A stretch of 64,000 nucleotides of DNA from Alphaproteobacteria bacterium (GCA_965216755.1 CBDCGL010000011.1:2112001-2176000); one strand, 5' to 3'. Numbered from the stretch's first letter, positions 9,724 through 20,618 are shown. Notes: generated by a model not told the origin, from the sequence alone. Made by a program: numbers and translations.

Positions 9724-10011
9724 ATGGCCGAGCGCCACGTCATAACCGACGACAGCACGCCCAAACTGCCACGGCATGCCAAATTGCGGTTCGATAAACC
9801 ACGCGACAAGTGGGTCATCCTGGCACCGGAACGAGTCTTTGAGCTCGACAACATCGCCTATCAAATTGTCAGCCTATGCAACGGTGAAAATACGTTGATC
9901 CAGGTCGTCGATCATCTGGCCGGCAAGTTCCAGGCCCCGCGCGATGTCATATCCAAGGATGTCGTTGATATGCTGCAAGACCTGGCGGACAAAGGCTTCT
10001 TGGTAACATGA
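9724..10011 (+). CDS. pqqD: PQQ biosynthesis peptide chaperone PqqD
   Basis: 'PKLPRHAKLRFD..R..WVILAPERV', C-terminal 'LQDLADKGFL'; lies between pqqC and pqqE. Confidence 0.93.
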   Translation: MAERHVITDDSTPKLPRHAKLRFDKPRDKWVILAPERVFELDNIAYQIVSLCNGENTLIQVVDHLAGKFQAPRDVISKDVVDMLQDLADKGFLVT

Positions 10012-11135
10012 CCGATGTAATCGAACAGGAATCTGGCGCCAATGGCGCCAATGGCGCAAACCCGTTGGTACCTTACGCTTTGTTGGCGGAACTTACGCAT
10101 CGCTGTCCGCTGCAATGTCCCTATTGCTCCAACCCGCTTGAGCTTGAGCGAGCCAGCAACGAGCTCGACACGGACACCTGGAAGCGGGTCATCAATGAAG
10201 CTGCCGATATGGGCATGTTGCATGTGCATTTTTCGGGCGGCGAACCAACGGTCCGCAAAGACCTTGAAGACCTGGTCGCACATTCGGCCAAGCTCGGCCT
10301 TTATACCAACTTGATCACGTCCAGCGTCCTGCTTGACGAAGCGCGGCTGTTCGGTTTGCGCGACCTTGGCTTAGACCATGTCCAAGTGAGTTTTCAGGAT
10401 ACGGACGCCGAATCCGCCAATCGCATCGCCGGCTATAAGGGGCACGAAAAGAAAGTCGAAATCGCGCGCTTGGTGCGCAAGGCGGGTCTGCCGCTTACGG
10501 TCAATGCCGTCATGCATCGGCAAAATCTTCATAACCTCAAAGAAATGATCGACCTTTCTGTCGATTTAGATGCGGAACGTTTAGAGGTTGCACAGGTTCA
10601 ATATTACGGCTGGGCTCTGAAAAACCGGGCGGCGTTCCTGCCCAGTCGCGAGCAGCTTGATGTGGCGACCGAAATCGTCGCGGAAGCGCGCGAGCGTCTA
10701 AAAGGCATATTGGTGCTCGACTATGTCGTGCCCGACTATTATGCGCGGCGCCCTAAGTCCTGCATGGGCGGCTGGGCGCGACGGTTTATCAACGTCAACC
10801 CGGTCGGTAAGGTGCTCCCGTGTCACGCGGCGGAAACGATCCCTGGGCTCACTTTTGAAACAGTGCATGACCGCAGCCTCCAATGGATTTGGGATAACTC
10901 ATCGGCTTTCTTGAAGTTTCGTGGTACCGCGTGGATGCCCGAACCGTGCCAGTCGTGCGACCGTCGCGAGATTGACTGGGGTGGTTGTCGCTGCCAGGCG
11001 TTCGCACTCACCAACAATCCCGAAGCGGTCGATCCGGCGTGTGAGTTCTCGCCTGACCGCGACGTCCTAGAAATCCCACTGAAGGAAGCTGCCGGCGCGC
11101 CGCCGGAATTCATCTATCGCAGGATTGGCGGGTAG
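10008..11135 (+). CDS. pqqE: PqqA peptide cyclase, radical SAM/SPASM PqqE
   Basis: 'AELTHRCPLQCPYCSNP', 'HFSGGEP', 'QYYGWA', 'CMGGW', 'PCH', 'C..C.....DWGGCRCQAF'. Confidence 0.97.
   Translation: MTDVIEQESGANGANGANPLVPYALLAELTHRCPLQCPYCSNPLELERASNELDTDTWKRVINEAADMGMLHVHFSGGEPTVRKDLEDLVAHSAKLGLYTNLITSSVLLDEARLFGLRDLGLDHVQVSFQDTDAESANRIAGYKGHEKKVEIARLVRKAGLPLTVNAVMHRQNLHNLKEMIDLSVDLDAERLEVAQVQYYGWALKNRAAFLPSREQLDVATEIVAEARERLKGILVLDYVVPDYYARRPKSCMGGWARRFINVNPVGKVLPCHAAETIPGLTFETVHDRSLQWIWDNSSAFLKFRGTAWMPEPCQSCDRREIDWGGCRCQAFALTNNPEAVDPACEFSPDRDVLEIPLKEAAGAPPEFIYRRIGG
10034..10060 (+). repeat. In-frame 9-bp tandem repeat (x3) encoding GAN-GAN-GAN in the PqqE N-terminus
   Basis: tggcgccaa tggcgccaa tggcgcaaa. 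Confidence 0.7.
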
Positions 11136-11152
11136 TCGGCCGGCGCACGGCC

Positions 11153-11992
11153 GTGGACTTGCAGAAACTCAACAAGGATGACGTCGCCGAAGAATGGCGC
11201 CGACGTGCGCCAGCTTGGAACCAATGGGCTGAAGTGGTCGAGCGCATGGCGGCGCGCTTCAATGCCCCCTTGATCGACGCCGCGGCGCTCGAACCGGGTC
11301 AACGGGTCTTGGATTTGGCATCCGGCGCTGGTGAGCCGGCCCTGGGTATCGCGCGGCGCATCGGCCCAAATGGCCGGATCATGGCGACTGATATGGTTTC
11401 GGAAATGCTCGCGGGCACGGCACGGCGGGCCGCAGCGGCGGGACTTGGCAACGTCGATACCGAACTCTGCGACATGGAGGCCTTGCCCTTCGACGATGCC
11501 AGCTTCGACCGTGTCACGTGTCGGTTCGGGCTGATGTTTGCAGCGGATCCAGTCGCCGCCATGCGCGAAGCGGCGCGCGTGCTCAAACCTGGCGGCCGCA
11601 CGGCGTGGATGGTGTGGGGGCCGCTGGCGGAAACAACCATCTTCGTCGTCATCAACACAGTTGTCCGCCAGGCCCTGTCATTGCCGCCGGCAGATGACTC
11701 ACCGCAATTTCGATTTGGCCCCACGGGCCTGCTCACCGAGGTCATGACCAAAGCTGGCCTCACCGACGTCATCGAACAAGATTGTGAGTTTTCGCCGCGA
11801 CCCGCCCTCGGGTCGCGATTTTGGGAACCGCAAGTTCAAATGTCGTTCGGGCATTTGCTTGGTCAGCTATCGGCGCGCCAGCGCGAGGAAATCGACGATC
11901 GCATCGAAGCGGCGTTCGCGGCCCATTTAGATGGCGAACAATACGCCCTCAAAGCCCGCGTTCACATCGGTGTCGGCGTCCGTTCTACTTAA
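11153..11992 (+). CDS. Class I SAM-dependent methyltransferase (UbiE-like)
   Basis: 'RVLDLASGAGEP', 'DMEALPFDDASFDRVTCRFGLM', 'RVLKPGGR'. Confidence 0.88.
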   Translation: MDLQKLNKDDVAEEWRRRAPAWNQWAEVVERMAARFNAPLIDAAALEPGQRVLDLASGAGEPALGIARRIGPNGRIMATDMVSEMLAGTARRAAAAGLGNVDTELCDMEALPFDDASFDRVTCRFGLMFAADPVAAMREAARVLKPGGRTAWMVWGPLAETTIFVVINTVVRQALSLPPADDSPQFRFGPTGLLTEVMTKAGLTDVIEQDCEFSPRPALGSRFWEPQVQMSFGHLLGQLSARQREEIDDRIEAAFAAHLDGEQYALKARVHIGVGVRST

Positions 11993-12813
11993 TGATCGCT
12001 ATCATCGACACATTCTAATTCGTTGATTTCTATTTGTTTATCTTCATTCTGCGCGGCCGCGCGTGCGCGCGCCATCTTGCTTGCCGCAAATAGGGTGAAC
12101 GGGATCGAGCAAAAATAGGCGACCCCGATCACAAACAGCGTCCACCAGGTGTAGCTGACTAGAGACGCCGCCAGGACCGCAACCACAAACAATGCAGGCA
12201 GCGCGTATTCCGGTTTGATTTTGAAATACTTGAACGACAAAGTTGGCACACGGCTGATCATCAGCAGGGCGATGGCCAACATGTGGGCGCCCACCAACGC
12301 GGGGCCGGCGGCCCAACCCGGACCAATCTCAAACGACAGCAGCATCGGCAACATAGCCAGCCCACAAGCGGCCGGGGCTGGAACACCGGTGAAATAACGA
12401 TGCATGGGCACAGGGTCAGCCGCATGCAGGTCGGTGTTAAAGCGCGCCAGACGTAGCGCGCAGCAGGCGACGAACAACAATGTCACAACCCAACCGATGC
12501 CGCCCAAGGTCTGCAAAGACCAAAGGTAGAGCGTGAGCGCCGGCGCGGCGCCGAAATTGACGATATCCGCCAGTGAATCAAGCTCGGCCCCGAAATCGCT
12601 GCTCGACCGCAGCAGCCGCGCCATGCGCCCATCCAAGCCATCGAAGACCATCGCCAGAAGAAGACATATGACCGCCATTTCAAAGCGCTCGAGCAGCGCG
12701 AAACGCACCGCCGAAAGCCCCGCACACAGGCCGAGAACAGTCAGGATATTCGGCAGCAAGCTGGCGATGGGCACGGCGCGGATTCGACGATGGTGCCGCC
12801 TTTGTATCATCAT
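11989..12813 (-). CDS. pssA: CDP-diacylglycerol--serine O-phosphatidyltransferase
   Basis: 'LLPNILT', CDP-alcohol motif 'DGLDGRMAR....[17 protein letters not shown]', 'LRLARFN', 'YFTGVPAP'; overlaps the psd stop. Confidence 0.93.
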   Translation of the reverse strand: MMIQRRHHRRIRAVPIASLLPNILTVLGLCAGLSAVRFALLERFEMAVICLLLAMVFDGLDGRMARLLRSSSDFGAELDSLADIVNFGAAPALTLYLWSLQTLGGIGWVVTLLFVACCALRLARFNTDLHAADPVPMHRYFTGVPAPAACGLAMLPMLLSFEIGPGWAAGPALVGAHMLAIALLMISRVPTLSFKYFKIKPEYALPALFVVAVLAASLVSYTWWTLFVIGVAYFCSIPFTLFAASKMARARAAAQNEDKQIEINELECVDDSDH

Positions 12814-13493
12814 GGCTTCCCCCCTTCGGCCACGGTCTCGGCGATAACCGTTTCGCCAGCCAACATTTTTTCGCCGCCTTGAACAACCGCATGCAGCCCG
12901 GCATCCAGATAAATGTCGACACGACTGCCGAACCGTATGAGTCCGAAACGTTCGCCGATGCTCACACGATCGCCCTCGGACAACGTGCACAAGATGCGGC
13001 GCGCGACAAGCCCGGCGATCTGGACAAAGGCGATCTCATGCCCCCCATCAGTGCGCATACGCACCGCTTGGCGCTCATTGTCCTCGCTGGCCTTATCAAA
13101 TGAAGCATTGATGAACCGGCCGGCTCGATAGGCCAGCTTCGTTATCACCCCAGTCGCGGGCACACGATTTACGTGAACGTTGAACACATTCATGAATATA
13201 GAGACCCGGTCGCGGGGCGCCGAGCCCATGCCCAATTCCTTGGGCGGAGGCGCGGACACAACGCCCAACACGACACCGTCAGCCGGGCTTACCAAAATGC
13301 CATCGCGCTCTGGTGTACGGCGCTCCGGGTCGCGAAAAAAATAGACACACCACGCCGTTAGTACAACGCCGAGCCAGCCGAGCGGTGCGGCGATCCACCA
13401 CAAAACCACAGTCACGGCCGCAAAAAGGGCAATGAATCGCCAACCTTCCGGATGAATGCGCACAGTCCCCCCCCCTCGCATGTTAATGGGCAC
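12810..13493 (-). CDS. psd: Phosphatidylserine decarboxylase proenzyme (start uncertain, 13493 or 13463)
   Basis: 'FFRDPER', 'SPADG', '[12 protein letters not shown]', '[10 protein letters not shown]', cleavage motif 'IRFGSRVD'. Confidence 0.95.
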   Translation of the reverse strand: MPINMRGGGTVRIHPEGWRFIALFAAVTVVLWWIAAPLGWLGVVLTAWCVYFFRDPERRTPERDGILVSPADGVVLGVVSAPPPKELGMGSAPRDRVSIFMNVFNVHVNRVPATGVITKLAYRAGRFINASFDKASEDNERQAVRMRTDGGHEIAFVQIAGLVARRILCTLSEGDRVSIGERFGLIRFGSRVDIYLDAGLHAVVQGGEKMLAGETVIAETVAEGGKP

Positions 13494-13516
13494 GATGCGC
13501 CGGGCGGACGTTCAAA

Positions 13517-15385
13517 TCAAGAGGCGGCCTCCACTGCCATGCCCTCCGATTCCTGTTGCCGCCGCCACATCTCCGCATAGATCCCCTCTGCAGCCAACAG
13601 CTCTTCATGCCGGCCACGTTCCGCGACACGTCCCCGATCAAGCACCAAGATCTGATCGGCGTCGACCACGGTCGACAGACGATGGGCGATAATCAACGTC
13701 GTATGGTCGCGCGACAGCTCACGTAGGCTGGCTTGAATATCTCTTTCTATGCGCGTATCCAGCGCCGACGTCGCTTCATCGAAAACGAAAATCGGCGGCG
13801 CCTTCAGCAACATGCGCGCGATGGCCACGCGTTGCTTTTCGCCGCCTGAAATCTTGAGCCCGCGCTCGCCGACCGAGGTGTCGTAACCCTCCGGGAGTTC
13901 CGCCACAAAGTCGTGGATCTTTGCCAAGGTCGCGACGCGAATAACCTCTTCGTCGGTCGAACCGGGCCGTCCATAGTCGATATTGTACCGGATCGTGTCA
14001 TTAAACAGTACGGTATCCTGGGGCACGATGCCGATCGCCGCGCGCAAGGAATCTTGGGTGACATCGCGGATGTCTTGACCATCAATGCGGATCGCCCCAC
14101 CCGATACGTCGTAGAACCGGAACAGCAGTCGCGCCAGCGTCGATTTGCCGGCACCACTGGCGCCGACGACCGCAAGTGTTTTCCCGGCCGGAATCGTGAA
14201 GGTCAGATCGTGCAGCACTTCCCGTTCAGATTGATACGTAAAATCAACGTGGTCGAAGCAAACCTCGCCGCCCGATACGGCCAAAGGCCGCGACCCCGGG
14301 CGATCAACAACTTCCTGGTAAACATGCAGCAGTTGGAACATTCGCTCCATATCGACTAGAGATTGCTTAATTTCGCGATAGACAAAGCCCAGGAAATTGA
14401 GCGGTTGGTAAAGCTGCAACATGAACGCATTGACCAAGACCAAATCACCCAGAGTGAGCCGCTTTTCGACGATACCGGTGCCGACGATATACATCACGCC
14501 GACGACCCCGGCCGCGACAATGAAGCCCTGACCAATGTTAAGCAGCGACAATGTCACTTTCGATTTGACGGCCGCGCCCTCGTAGCGCCTTAAAGCACGA
14601 TCGAAACGCCGGCCTTCATGTTCTTCATTATTAAAATATTTTACTGTTTCATAGTTCAGCAAACTATCGATCGCCCGGGTGTGCGCCCGCTCGTCGCTTT
14701 GGTTCATCTGTCGGCGGAATTTGATCCGCCATTCCGTCACCGTCATGGTGAAAACGATATAACCGGCGACGGCGAGAAACGTGATTATGGCGATCCCGGC
14801 TTCGTAGCGATAAAGCAGGATGCCGCACACCAAACCGATCTCAAGTAATGTCGGCAAGACATTAAAAAGCATGAAGTTAAGCAGAAATTCAATGCCCTTG
14901 GTTCCGCGCTCGATGACGCGGCTAAGGCCGCCGGTTTGGCGCTCCAAGTGATAACGCAGAGACAAGCGATGGAGATGTTGAAAGGTCTGCAGCGCAGCGC
15001 TGCGGATGGCGTGTTGACCAACGCGCGCAAACACCGCGTCGCGCAATTCACCGAAAGCCATGGCGAACACGCGCGCGGCACCATAGGCAAAAAGCAACGC
15101 CACGGGCAACGCAATGACCTGCGTGGTGCTCGGATCGAGACGATCGAAAACGGCCTTCAGCAGCAGCGGGATCTGTACGTTGGCAACTTTGGCAGCCACC
15201 AGCAACAACACCGCGACAACAACCCGCAGCTTCAGATCAACGCGTCCGTGCGGCCACAAAAAAGGCAGCAATGTTCTTAGCGTGCCCCAATGTCCCAATC
15301 CGGGTCGTGCCAGTTCACCTCTCTCGGCTGATGCTTTCGATGGCGCCGCACTATCTTTGGGCGACGCACCAAGGCTCGCGCTCAT
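13517..15385 (-). CDS. ATM1/ABCB7-type ABC transporter (permease + ATPase)
   Basis: 'HLHRLSLRYHLERQTGGL', 'DSLLNYETVKYF', Walker A 'GASGAGKS', 'VGERGLKISGGEKQR', 'DEATSALD'. Confidence 0.92.
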   Translation of the reverse strand: MSASLGASPKDSAAPSKASAERGELARPGLGHWGTLRTLLPFLWPHGRVDLKLRVVVAVLLLVAAKVANVQIPLLLKAVFDRLDPSTTQVIALPVALLFAYGAARVFAMAFGELRDAVFARVGQHAIRSAALQTFQHLHRLSLRYHLERQTGGLSRVIERGTKGIEFLLNFMLFNVLPTLLEIGLVCGILLYRYEAGIAIITFLAVAGYIVFTMTVTEWRIKFRRQMNQSDERAHTRAIDSLLNYETVKYFNNEEHEGRRFDRALRRYEGAAVKSKVTLSLLNIGQGFIVAAGVVGVMYIVGTGIVEKRLTLGDLVLVNAFMLQLYQPLNFLGFVYREIKQSLVDMERMFQLLHVYQEVVDRPGSRPLAVSGGEVCFDHVDFTYQSEREVLHDLTFTIPAGKTLAVVGASGAGKSTLARLLFRFYDVSGGAIRIDGQDIRDVTQDSLRAAIGIVPQDTVLFNDTIRYNIDYGRPGSTDEEVIRVATLAKIHDFVAELPEGYDTSVGERGLKISGGEKQRVAIARMLLKAPPIFVFDEATSALDTRIERDIQASLRELSRDHTTLIIAHRLSTVVDADQILVLDRGRVAERGRHEELLAAEGIYAEMWRRQQESEGMAVEAAS

Positions 15386-15501
15386 CCGATCTCTACCTGT
15401 GCTGTCTTGCGTCGCGCCGCCAGGGTGGCATGCGCATGACGAGCGCCCCAAAAGACCGGCGCACCGCCCTTGAAACGGCCGTGCGACCGCGCGCCGGCCA
15501 C

Positions 15502-17460
15502 CTATCCTTTCGGAATAACGAAGATCTGACCAGGATAGATCAGGTTCGGATCCACGATTTGATCCAAATTGGCATCATAAATCACCGAATAGCGGACACC
15601 ACGGCCGTACACACGCCGCGAAATTCGCCACAGGCTGTTGCCCGGTTGCACAATGACCAAGCCATCGCCAACAGCCGGGTTCTCCAAATCGGCCATAGTG
15701 AACGGCGTTTCCAGACTTGAGAGAACGCCACCGTCCTTGTCGATCTGTTCGATCTTGAGAGTATAGAGGCCGGGCACAATCGCATCACTGGGCACCAGGC
15801 GCCAGGTGCTGTCGTCAGCCACTGTCGCCGTGCCAATCAAGCGACCGTCAACATAGGCGTAAATCGTACTTCCGGGCAGGGCGCGGCCAGCAAAGTCAAT
15901 CTGCCCGACGGTATCGTAATTGATAAGATCGAGCGACAATCCCTCCTCCGCCAGAATGCCGATGTCCGGCGACGGACGCTGCAAAAGGCGAATGCGGCCC
16001 GCATCGAGTTCGCGAGGCACCAACATGGCCAAAGCCGATTCCGCTGGCCCAGCGAGCGACGCGGGACGAATGCGCTCGTCGAGACCGGGCACCATCATGA
16101 CGACCAATTCGAGCGATTCCAGAACTTGGCCACTCGCGGTTCGCGCCACAAGACCAAGCTCGCGTTCACCGGCCTGAATCGGTTCCGCCGGCGTGAACAC
16201 CCATTCTCCGCGGTTGTCGGCAACCACAGATCCGATCACCTGGTCGCGTTCCATGATCGACACTTGGGCACCAGGCTCGGCACGACCCGCGATCACGGCG
16301 GCGCCCTCTGGCGAAACGTGAACAATATCGAAAGTCGGCGCGACAGCGCCCGCCGGAACCGCAACCGGTCTTTGCCTTACAACCGGCGCCATGGTTGGCG
16401 GACCGGATTGCAGCGCGGCCGATTGCGCATCTGCCGATGGGGCTCCGCTGCGTTCGGGAAGCGCCACGTTCGCTGCCGTTGTCGATGGATCGACGGCAGC
16501 GATTTCCACCGCAGACGGTGCCGGTGCCGCGCCGGGATCTCCGGTCCGTCCGTCCTCGACCGCCGCCATCCCAGTAACATTGCTCGGCGGTGTCGCGCCG
16601 GGGCTGTCCTCCTCCACCTGCGACAACTCGCCCGGCGTCGGTGCGCCGCCGTTGGGGCGCTCTGCAACCGGATCCTGGGCCGATGCCGCCGCGGTTGTGG
16701 TCCGGCTCGCGCTATCGGCATGCCGCGGCGCGGCCGGGTCCGCTGGTCTCTTTGCGGCGGTCACCGCCTGCGATGTTGTTTCACCGATCGCCACGCTGTC
16801 CGGTGACGCTCGGCCGGATGGCATTGCATCCGGCTCATCGATCGTCGACCGGACGGGATCTGCGGCAGCCTGACTTGTCGCCGGCGAACCGGCTTCCGTC
16901 GCCGCATCTCTGTTCATTGACGCCACGACGTCCATGTCACGCATTTGTCTGCCGGATGCGGCGGCGGGACCAGGTGCCACCAAGGAGCTCTGCGAATCCG
17001 TAGGCTCTGTTTGTTGGCCTACCACGGCCTCTGGCTCCGCGATCGATGATTCGACAAGGCGATTTGCGCTCGCGTCCGCGGCCGCGGTCGTCTCCGCCGT
17101 GCCCGATTCGGCAATTTCCAACTCCGCGACGTCCGCTCCCCGGCCATCGTCCGACGGTGTCGCGACGGACTCGCGGTCCGCACGACTGTCGGCGCGGCCA
17201 TCCGCCTCGGTCTCCCGGTCTTGCTCTGCGCTTTCTTGGATTGTTTGCGGTGCCTGGTCGATTGATCCGGCCTCGACCCCAACCACGTCCTGGTCGGCCA
17301 AGCCAAGCCGCATCGCGTCGGCCGTTGACCCGTCGGCCATGGGCGCAGGCGCCGGCGCCAATGAACGCATCGACAGCCACACGCCCAGAGCGACGAGAAA
17401 CACAAAAACCGCGGCGACCGGAGCGAATTGACGTGACAAATCTGCACCCTGCTGTGACAA
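15502..17460 (-). CDS. Membrane-anchored LysM peptidoglycan-binding protein with Ig-like domains and a long acidic low-complexity linker
   Basis: N-terminal TM, 'PTFDIVHV..EG.AVIAGRAEPG', C-terminal 'IVQPGNSLWRISRRVYGRG..Y..IY.AN..QI.DPNLIYPGQIF.IP'. Confidence 0.85.
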   Translation of the reverse strand: MSQQGADLSRQFAPVAAVFVFLVALGVWLSMRSLAPAPAPMADGSTADAMRLGLADQDVVGVEAGSIDQAPQTIQESAEQDRETEADGRADSRADRESVATPSDDGRGADVAELEIAESGTAETTAAADASANRLVESSIAEPEAVVGQQTEPTDSQSSLVAPGPAAASGRQMRDMDVVASMNRDAATEAGSPATSQAAADPVRSTIDEPDAMPSGRASPDSVAIGETTSQAVTAAKRPADPAAPRHADSASRTTTAAASAQDPVAERPNGGAPTPGELSQVEEDSPGATPPSNVTGMAAVEDGRTGDPGAAPAPSAVEIAAVDPSTTAANVALPERSGAPSADAQSAALQSGPPTMAPVVRQRPVAVPAGAVAPTFDIVHVSPEGAAVIAGRAEPGAQVSIMERDQVIGSVVADNRGEWVFTPAEPIQAGERELGLVARTASGQVLESLELVVMMVPGLDERIRPASLAGPAESALAMLVPRELDAGRIRLLQRPSPDIGILAEEGLSLDLINYDTVGQIDFAGRALPGSTIYAYVDGRLIGTATVADDSTWRLVPSDAIVPGLYTLKIEQIDKDGGVLSSLETPFTMADLENPAVGDGLVIVQPGNSLWRISRRVYGRGVRYSVIYDANLDQIVDPNLIYPGQIFVIPKG

Positions 17461-17627
17461 AATGACGGGCCTAACTTAATACGATTGCCCAATATTCGCA
17501 ATTGTCGCCGGTGAGGCGCCGATAATTACCGCAGTATTATTGGCCACCACCTGGTGAATGCTTTCTATTATTGGCTTGCCGGGCACTGAAGGCTGGATTG
17601 GTGCGCGTTGATTGGCTGCGGACCGTC

Positions 17628-18488
17628 CTAATAGGGTGACGCCGGCCCGGCGCTGAAAAACGCGATGGCCACGGCGGCCAGGGCCGGCAAGGCGCAAACC
17701 GCGCCGAGCACCACAGGCGCGACAAAGCCCCGCAGCCGCCCGCTTGGTAACTTCAGCCCGGCGACCACATCCATTCCAAAAAACACCAACGCCAAGACCA
17801 AAATCGCCCACAGCGAGACTTTGGTAAACAAAACGAACTGGGTTGTCAGTGCCATCAGGGCCGCTGCGCCAGCCAATATCGCGCCCTGACCAAACCGAAA
17901 TCGTGGAACCGGCCAATTCCACAGCGCAAAACCACCGGTTGCTGCGGCGAGGCCGGCCGCAAGCTGGCCGCCGGACGCGGTATGCGCTAACACCGCAATA
18001 ACAGCCAATCCCGCGGCGGCGACCAGAAGCGTGACGGCCGGGGTTAAAACATCGCCGGCCTTCATGTTGAGACGCCACAGCACGAACAGCCACCCCGCAA
18101 TGACAGCGGCGCCAGGCCAAACTAGTGGCCAAGGCGCGGACAGATTGACTTTGTTGCCAAACAACCACCAAACGGCGCCAACCACTCCGACGAATATCGC
18201 ACCGCGCGCGAAGGGTCCGGCCAACCTCGTCAGATCCATCGTCACGCCCAAGGCCATCGCGAGCACCACGATGTAAGGTATCTTTTGCGCCGCGCTGCGC
18301 GGTGGCCAGGCAAACACGCCGAAGACTGCAATGTAACATGCGAGGAATCCGAGCCCGATGGCGAGGCCGGCCAGAAGCGCGCCGCGTCCTGGGCCGCCGA
18401 TCAACCGAATCAACCCGGCGACCAAAATAGCCGCGATCAAGGGGACAACCACACTTTGGCCCAACGGATCGGTTAGGATGGCAGACAT
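17628..18488 (-). CDS. Hypothetical integral membrane protein
   Basis: About 286 aa, almost entirely hydrophobic segments; same strand as the LysM gene; no family recognised. Confidence 0.65.
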   Translation of the reverse strand: MSAILTDPLGQSVVVPLIAAILVAGLIRLIGGPGRGALLAGLAIGLGFLACYIAVFGVFAWPPRSAAQKIPYIVVLAMALGVTMDLTRLAGPFARGAIFVGVVGAVWWLFGNKVNLSAPWPLVWPGAAVIAGWLFVLWRLNMKAGDVLTPAVTLLVAAAGLAVIAVLAHTASGGQLAAGLAAATGGFALWNWPVPRFRFGQGAILAGAAALMALTTQFVLFTKVSLWAILVLALVFFGMDVVAGLKLPSGRLRGFVAPVVLGAVCALPALAAVAIAFFSAGPASPY

Positions 18489-18631
18489 GAGTGGCCCGAG
18501 TGTTTTCACCTTTTGTCATGGACCTTTGGCCACTGACAGCAGCGAGCATGCGCTGCGGGAACCATCGTGGCAAGACCGACCGGCAGCGACGGTCCCTTCG
18601 CTCTCGTGATCGTTATCGGAGACCATTGGTT

Positions 18632-19216
18632 ATGACCGGTTTGTCGTCTCTCTGTGTCTACTGCGGTTCATCGGTCGGTCATCGCGACGTCTACGCGGCT
18701 TGCGCCCGAGAGTTGGGGGCGGCCATGGCACAGGCGAGGATCCGTTTGGTCTATGGCGGCGGTCGCGTCGGATTGATGGGAGTCATCGCCGATTCGGTAC
18801 TTGCACATGGCGGTCAAGTCACCGGCGTCATACCGACGTTCCTGCGCACCGAGGAACTGGCGCACCCCGATATTGACGAAACGATCGAAGTCGGCAGCAT
18901 GCACGCGCGCAAGCACCGCATGTTCGAACTGGCCGACGGCTTCGTGGTTCTGCCGGGTGGCACTGGCACGCTCGATGAAGCCATCGAGGTGCTCACCTGG
19001 AAGCAGCTGCACCTGCACGATAAGCCGATCATCCTGGTTAGCCCCAACGGCTACTGGGCGCCCCTTGTCGATCTACTCGGCCACATTATCGGCACGGGAT
19101 TCGCGCCGCATCGTGTATCGCATCTTTTCGAGCTTGTTGACCGCCCGCGCCAAGCCATCGACGTTGCGCGGCGGGCGGGCGCGGCGCGGGCGCCCGCGCG
19201 TGGTGACCGGCTCTAG
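18632..19216 (+). CDS. LOG family (TIGR00730) nucleotide phosphoribohydrolase
   Basis: 'CVYCGSS', 'LVYGGG.VGLMG', 'MHARK', 'LPGGTGTLDE', 'H.KP'. Confidence 0.92.
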   Translation: MTGLSSLCVYCGSSVGHRDVYAACARELGAAMAQARIRLVYGGGRVGLMGVIADSVLAHGGQVTGVIPTFLRTEELAHPDIDETIEVGSMHARKHRMFELADGFVVLPGGTGTLDEAIEVLTWKQLHLHDKPIILVSPNGYWAPLVDLLGHIIGTGFAPHRVSHLFELVDRPRQAIDVARRAGAARAPARGDRL

Positions 19217-19380
19217 AGCAGTATCCATGCACAAACGCGCGACCAATGGTGTCGTGGCATTCCCACGACACCAGTGCTATCGTCGCGCCGCAATTCAGAC
19301 GCACCTTTCCGTGCCGCAAGCCTCTGGCCCACGGGGTTAGAGCACAGAACCCGCTCCACCGGGCTTGAGGAGACCGATCC

Positions 19381-20610
19381 ATGTCCAAGATCAAGGTCGC
19401 CAATCCAATTGTCGAACTCGATGGCGACGAAATGACACGCATTATCTGGCAGTTCATCAAAGACAAATTGATACTGCCTTATCTCGATATCGATTTGCGC
19501 TATTTCGACCTCGGCATCGAATCCCGTGACGCCACGGACGACCAAATCACCGTGGACGCGGCCAACGCCATCAAGACGCACGGAGTCGGCGTGAAATGTG
19601 CCACGATCACACCGGACGAGGCGCGGGTTGAAGAGTTCGATCTCAAACGCATGTACCGTTCGCCCAATGGCACGATCCGCAATATCTTGGGCGGTACGGT
19701 CTTTCGTCAGCCAATCATTTGCCGCAACGTGCCGCGTTTGGTACCGGGCTGGGAAAAGCCGATCGTGATTGGCCGTCACGCCTTTGGCGACCAATATCGG
19801 GCAACCGATTTGGTGGTTCCCGGGGCCGGTAAACTGACTCTGCGTTTTGATCCCGACGATGGCAGCGCGCCGATCGAACGCGAAGTATTCACCTTCACCG
19901 GCGGCGGTGTCGCGCTCTCAATGTACAACTTGGACGACTCGATCCGCGGTTTTGCGCGTGCCTGCCTGAACTATGGCCTCGATCTTGGCTGGCCGGTTTA
20001 TCTCTCGACCAAGAACACGATCCTGAAAGCCTACGACGGCCGATTTAAGGACCTGTTCCAAGAGGTCTTTGACCAGGAATTCAAGGACAAGTTTGATGCC
20101 AAGGGCCTGACCTATGAACATCGGCTGATCGACGACATGGTCGCGTGTGCGTTGAAGTGGGAAGGCGGATTTGTCTGGGCGTGCAAGAACTATGATGGAG
20201 ATGTGCAATCGGACACGGTCGCGCAGGGTTTCGGCTCACTCGGGTTGATGACTTCGGTCTTGCTTACACCGGATGGACGGACGGTTGAAGCCGAGGCCGC
20301 ACATGGCACGGTGACGCGTCATTTCCGTCAGCATCAAGAAGGTAGGGAGACCTCGACCAATCCGATTGCCTCTATTTTTGCTTGGACTCGCGGCCTCAAT
20401 TATCGGGGCAAGTTTGACAACACGCCGGATGTCAGCGCGTTTGCTGACCTTCTTGAATCCGTGTGCGTGGAAACAGTCGAGAACGGCTATATGACAAAGG
20501 ACTTGGCGGTCCTGATCGGCCCCAAGCAACAGTGGCTATCGACCAACGAATTCTTAGACAAGCTTGACCGAACGTTGCAGAAGCGCGCCGCTGAAAAAGG
20601 ACTGATGTGA
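19381..20610 (+). CDS. icd: NADP-dependent isocitrate dehydrogenase
   Basis: '[12 protein letters not shown]', 'KCATITPDE', 'SPNGTIRN', '[10 protein letters not shown]', '[12 protein letters not shown]'. Confidence 0.98.
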   Translation: MSKIKVANPIVELDGDEMTRIIWQFIKDKLILPYLDIDLRYFDLGIESRDATDDQITVDAANAIKTHGVGVKCATITPDEARVEEFDLKRMYRSPNGTIRNILGGTVFRQPIICRNVPRLVPGWEKPIVIGRHAFGDQYRATDLVVPGAGKLTLRFDPDDGSAPIEREVFTFTGGGVALSMYNLDDSIRGFARACLNYGLDLGWPVYLSTKNTILKAYDGRFKDLFQEVFDQEFKDKFDAKGLTYEHRLIDDMVACALKWEGGFVWACKNYDGDVQSDTVAQGFGSLGLMTSVLLTPDGRTVEAEAAHGTVTRHFRQHQEGRETSTNPIASIFAWTRGLNYRGKFDNTPDVSAFADLLESVCVETVENGYMTKDLAVLIGPKQQWLSTNEFLDKLDRTLQKRAAEKGLM

Positions 20611-20618
20611 GCCGCGCG

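Noticed and set aside
17489-17543. Imperfect inverted repeat upstream of the LysM gene
   Set aside because: Too many mismatches and bulges to call a terminator or ncRNA without folding or covariation evidence.
17476-18573. 365-aa Arg-rich ORF
   Set aside because: Alternative frame of the membrane protein gene; a typical GC-rich artefact.
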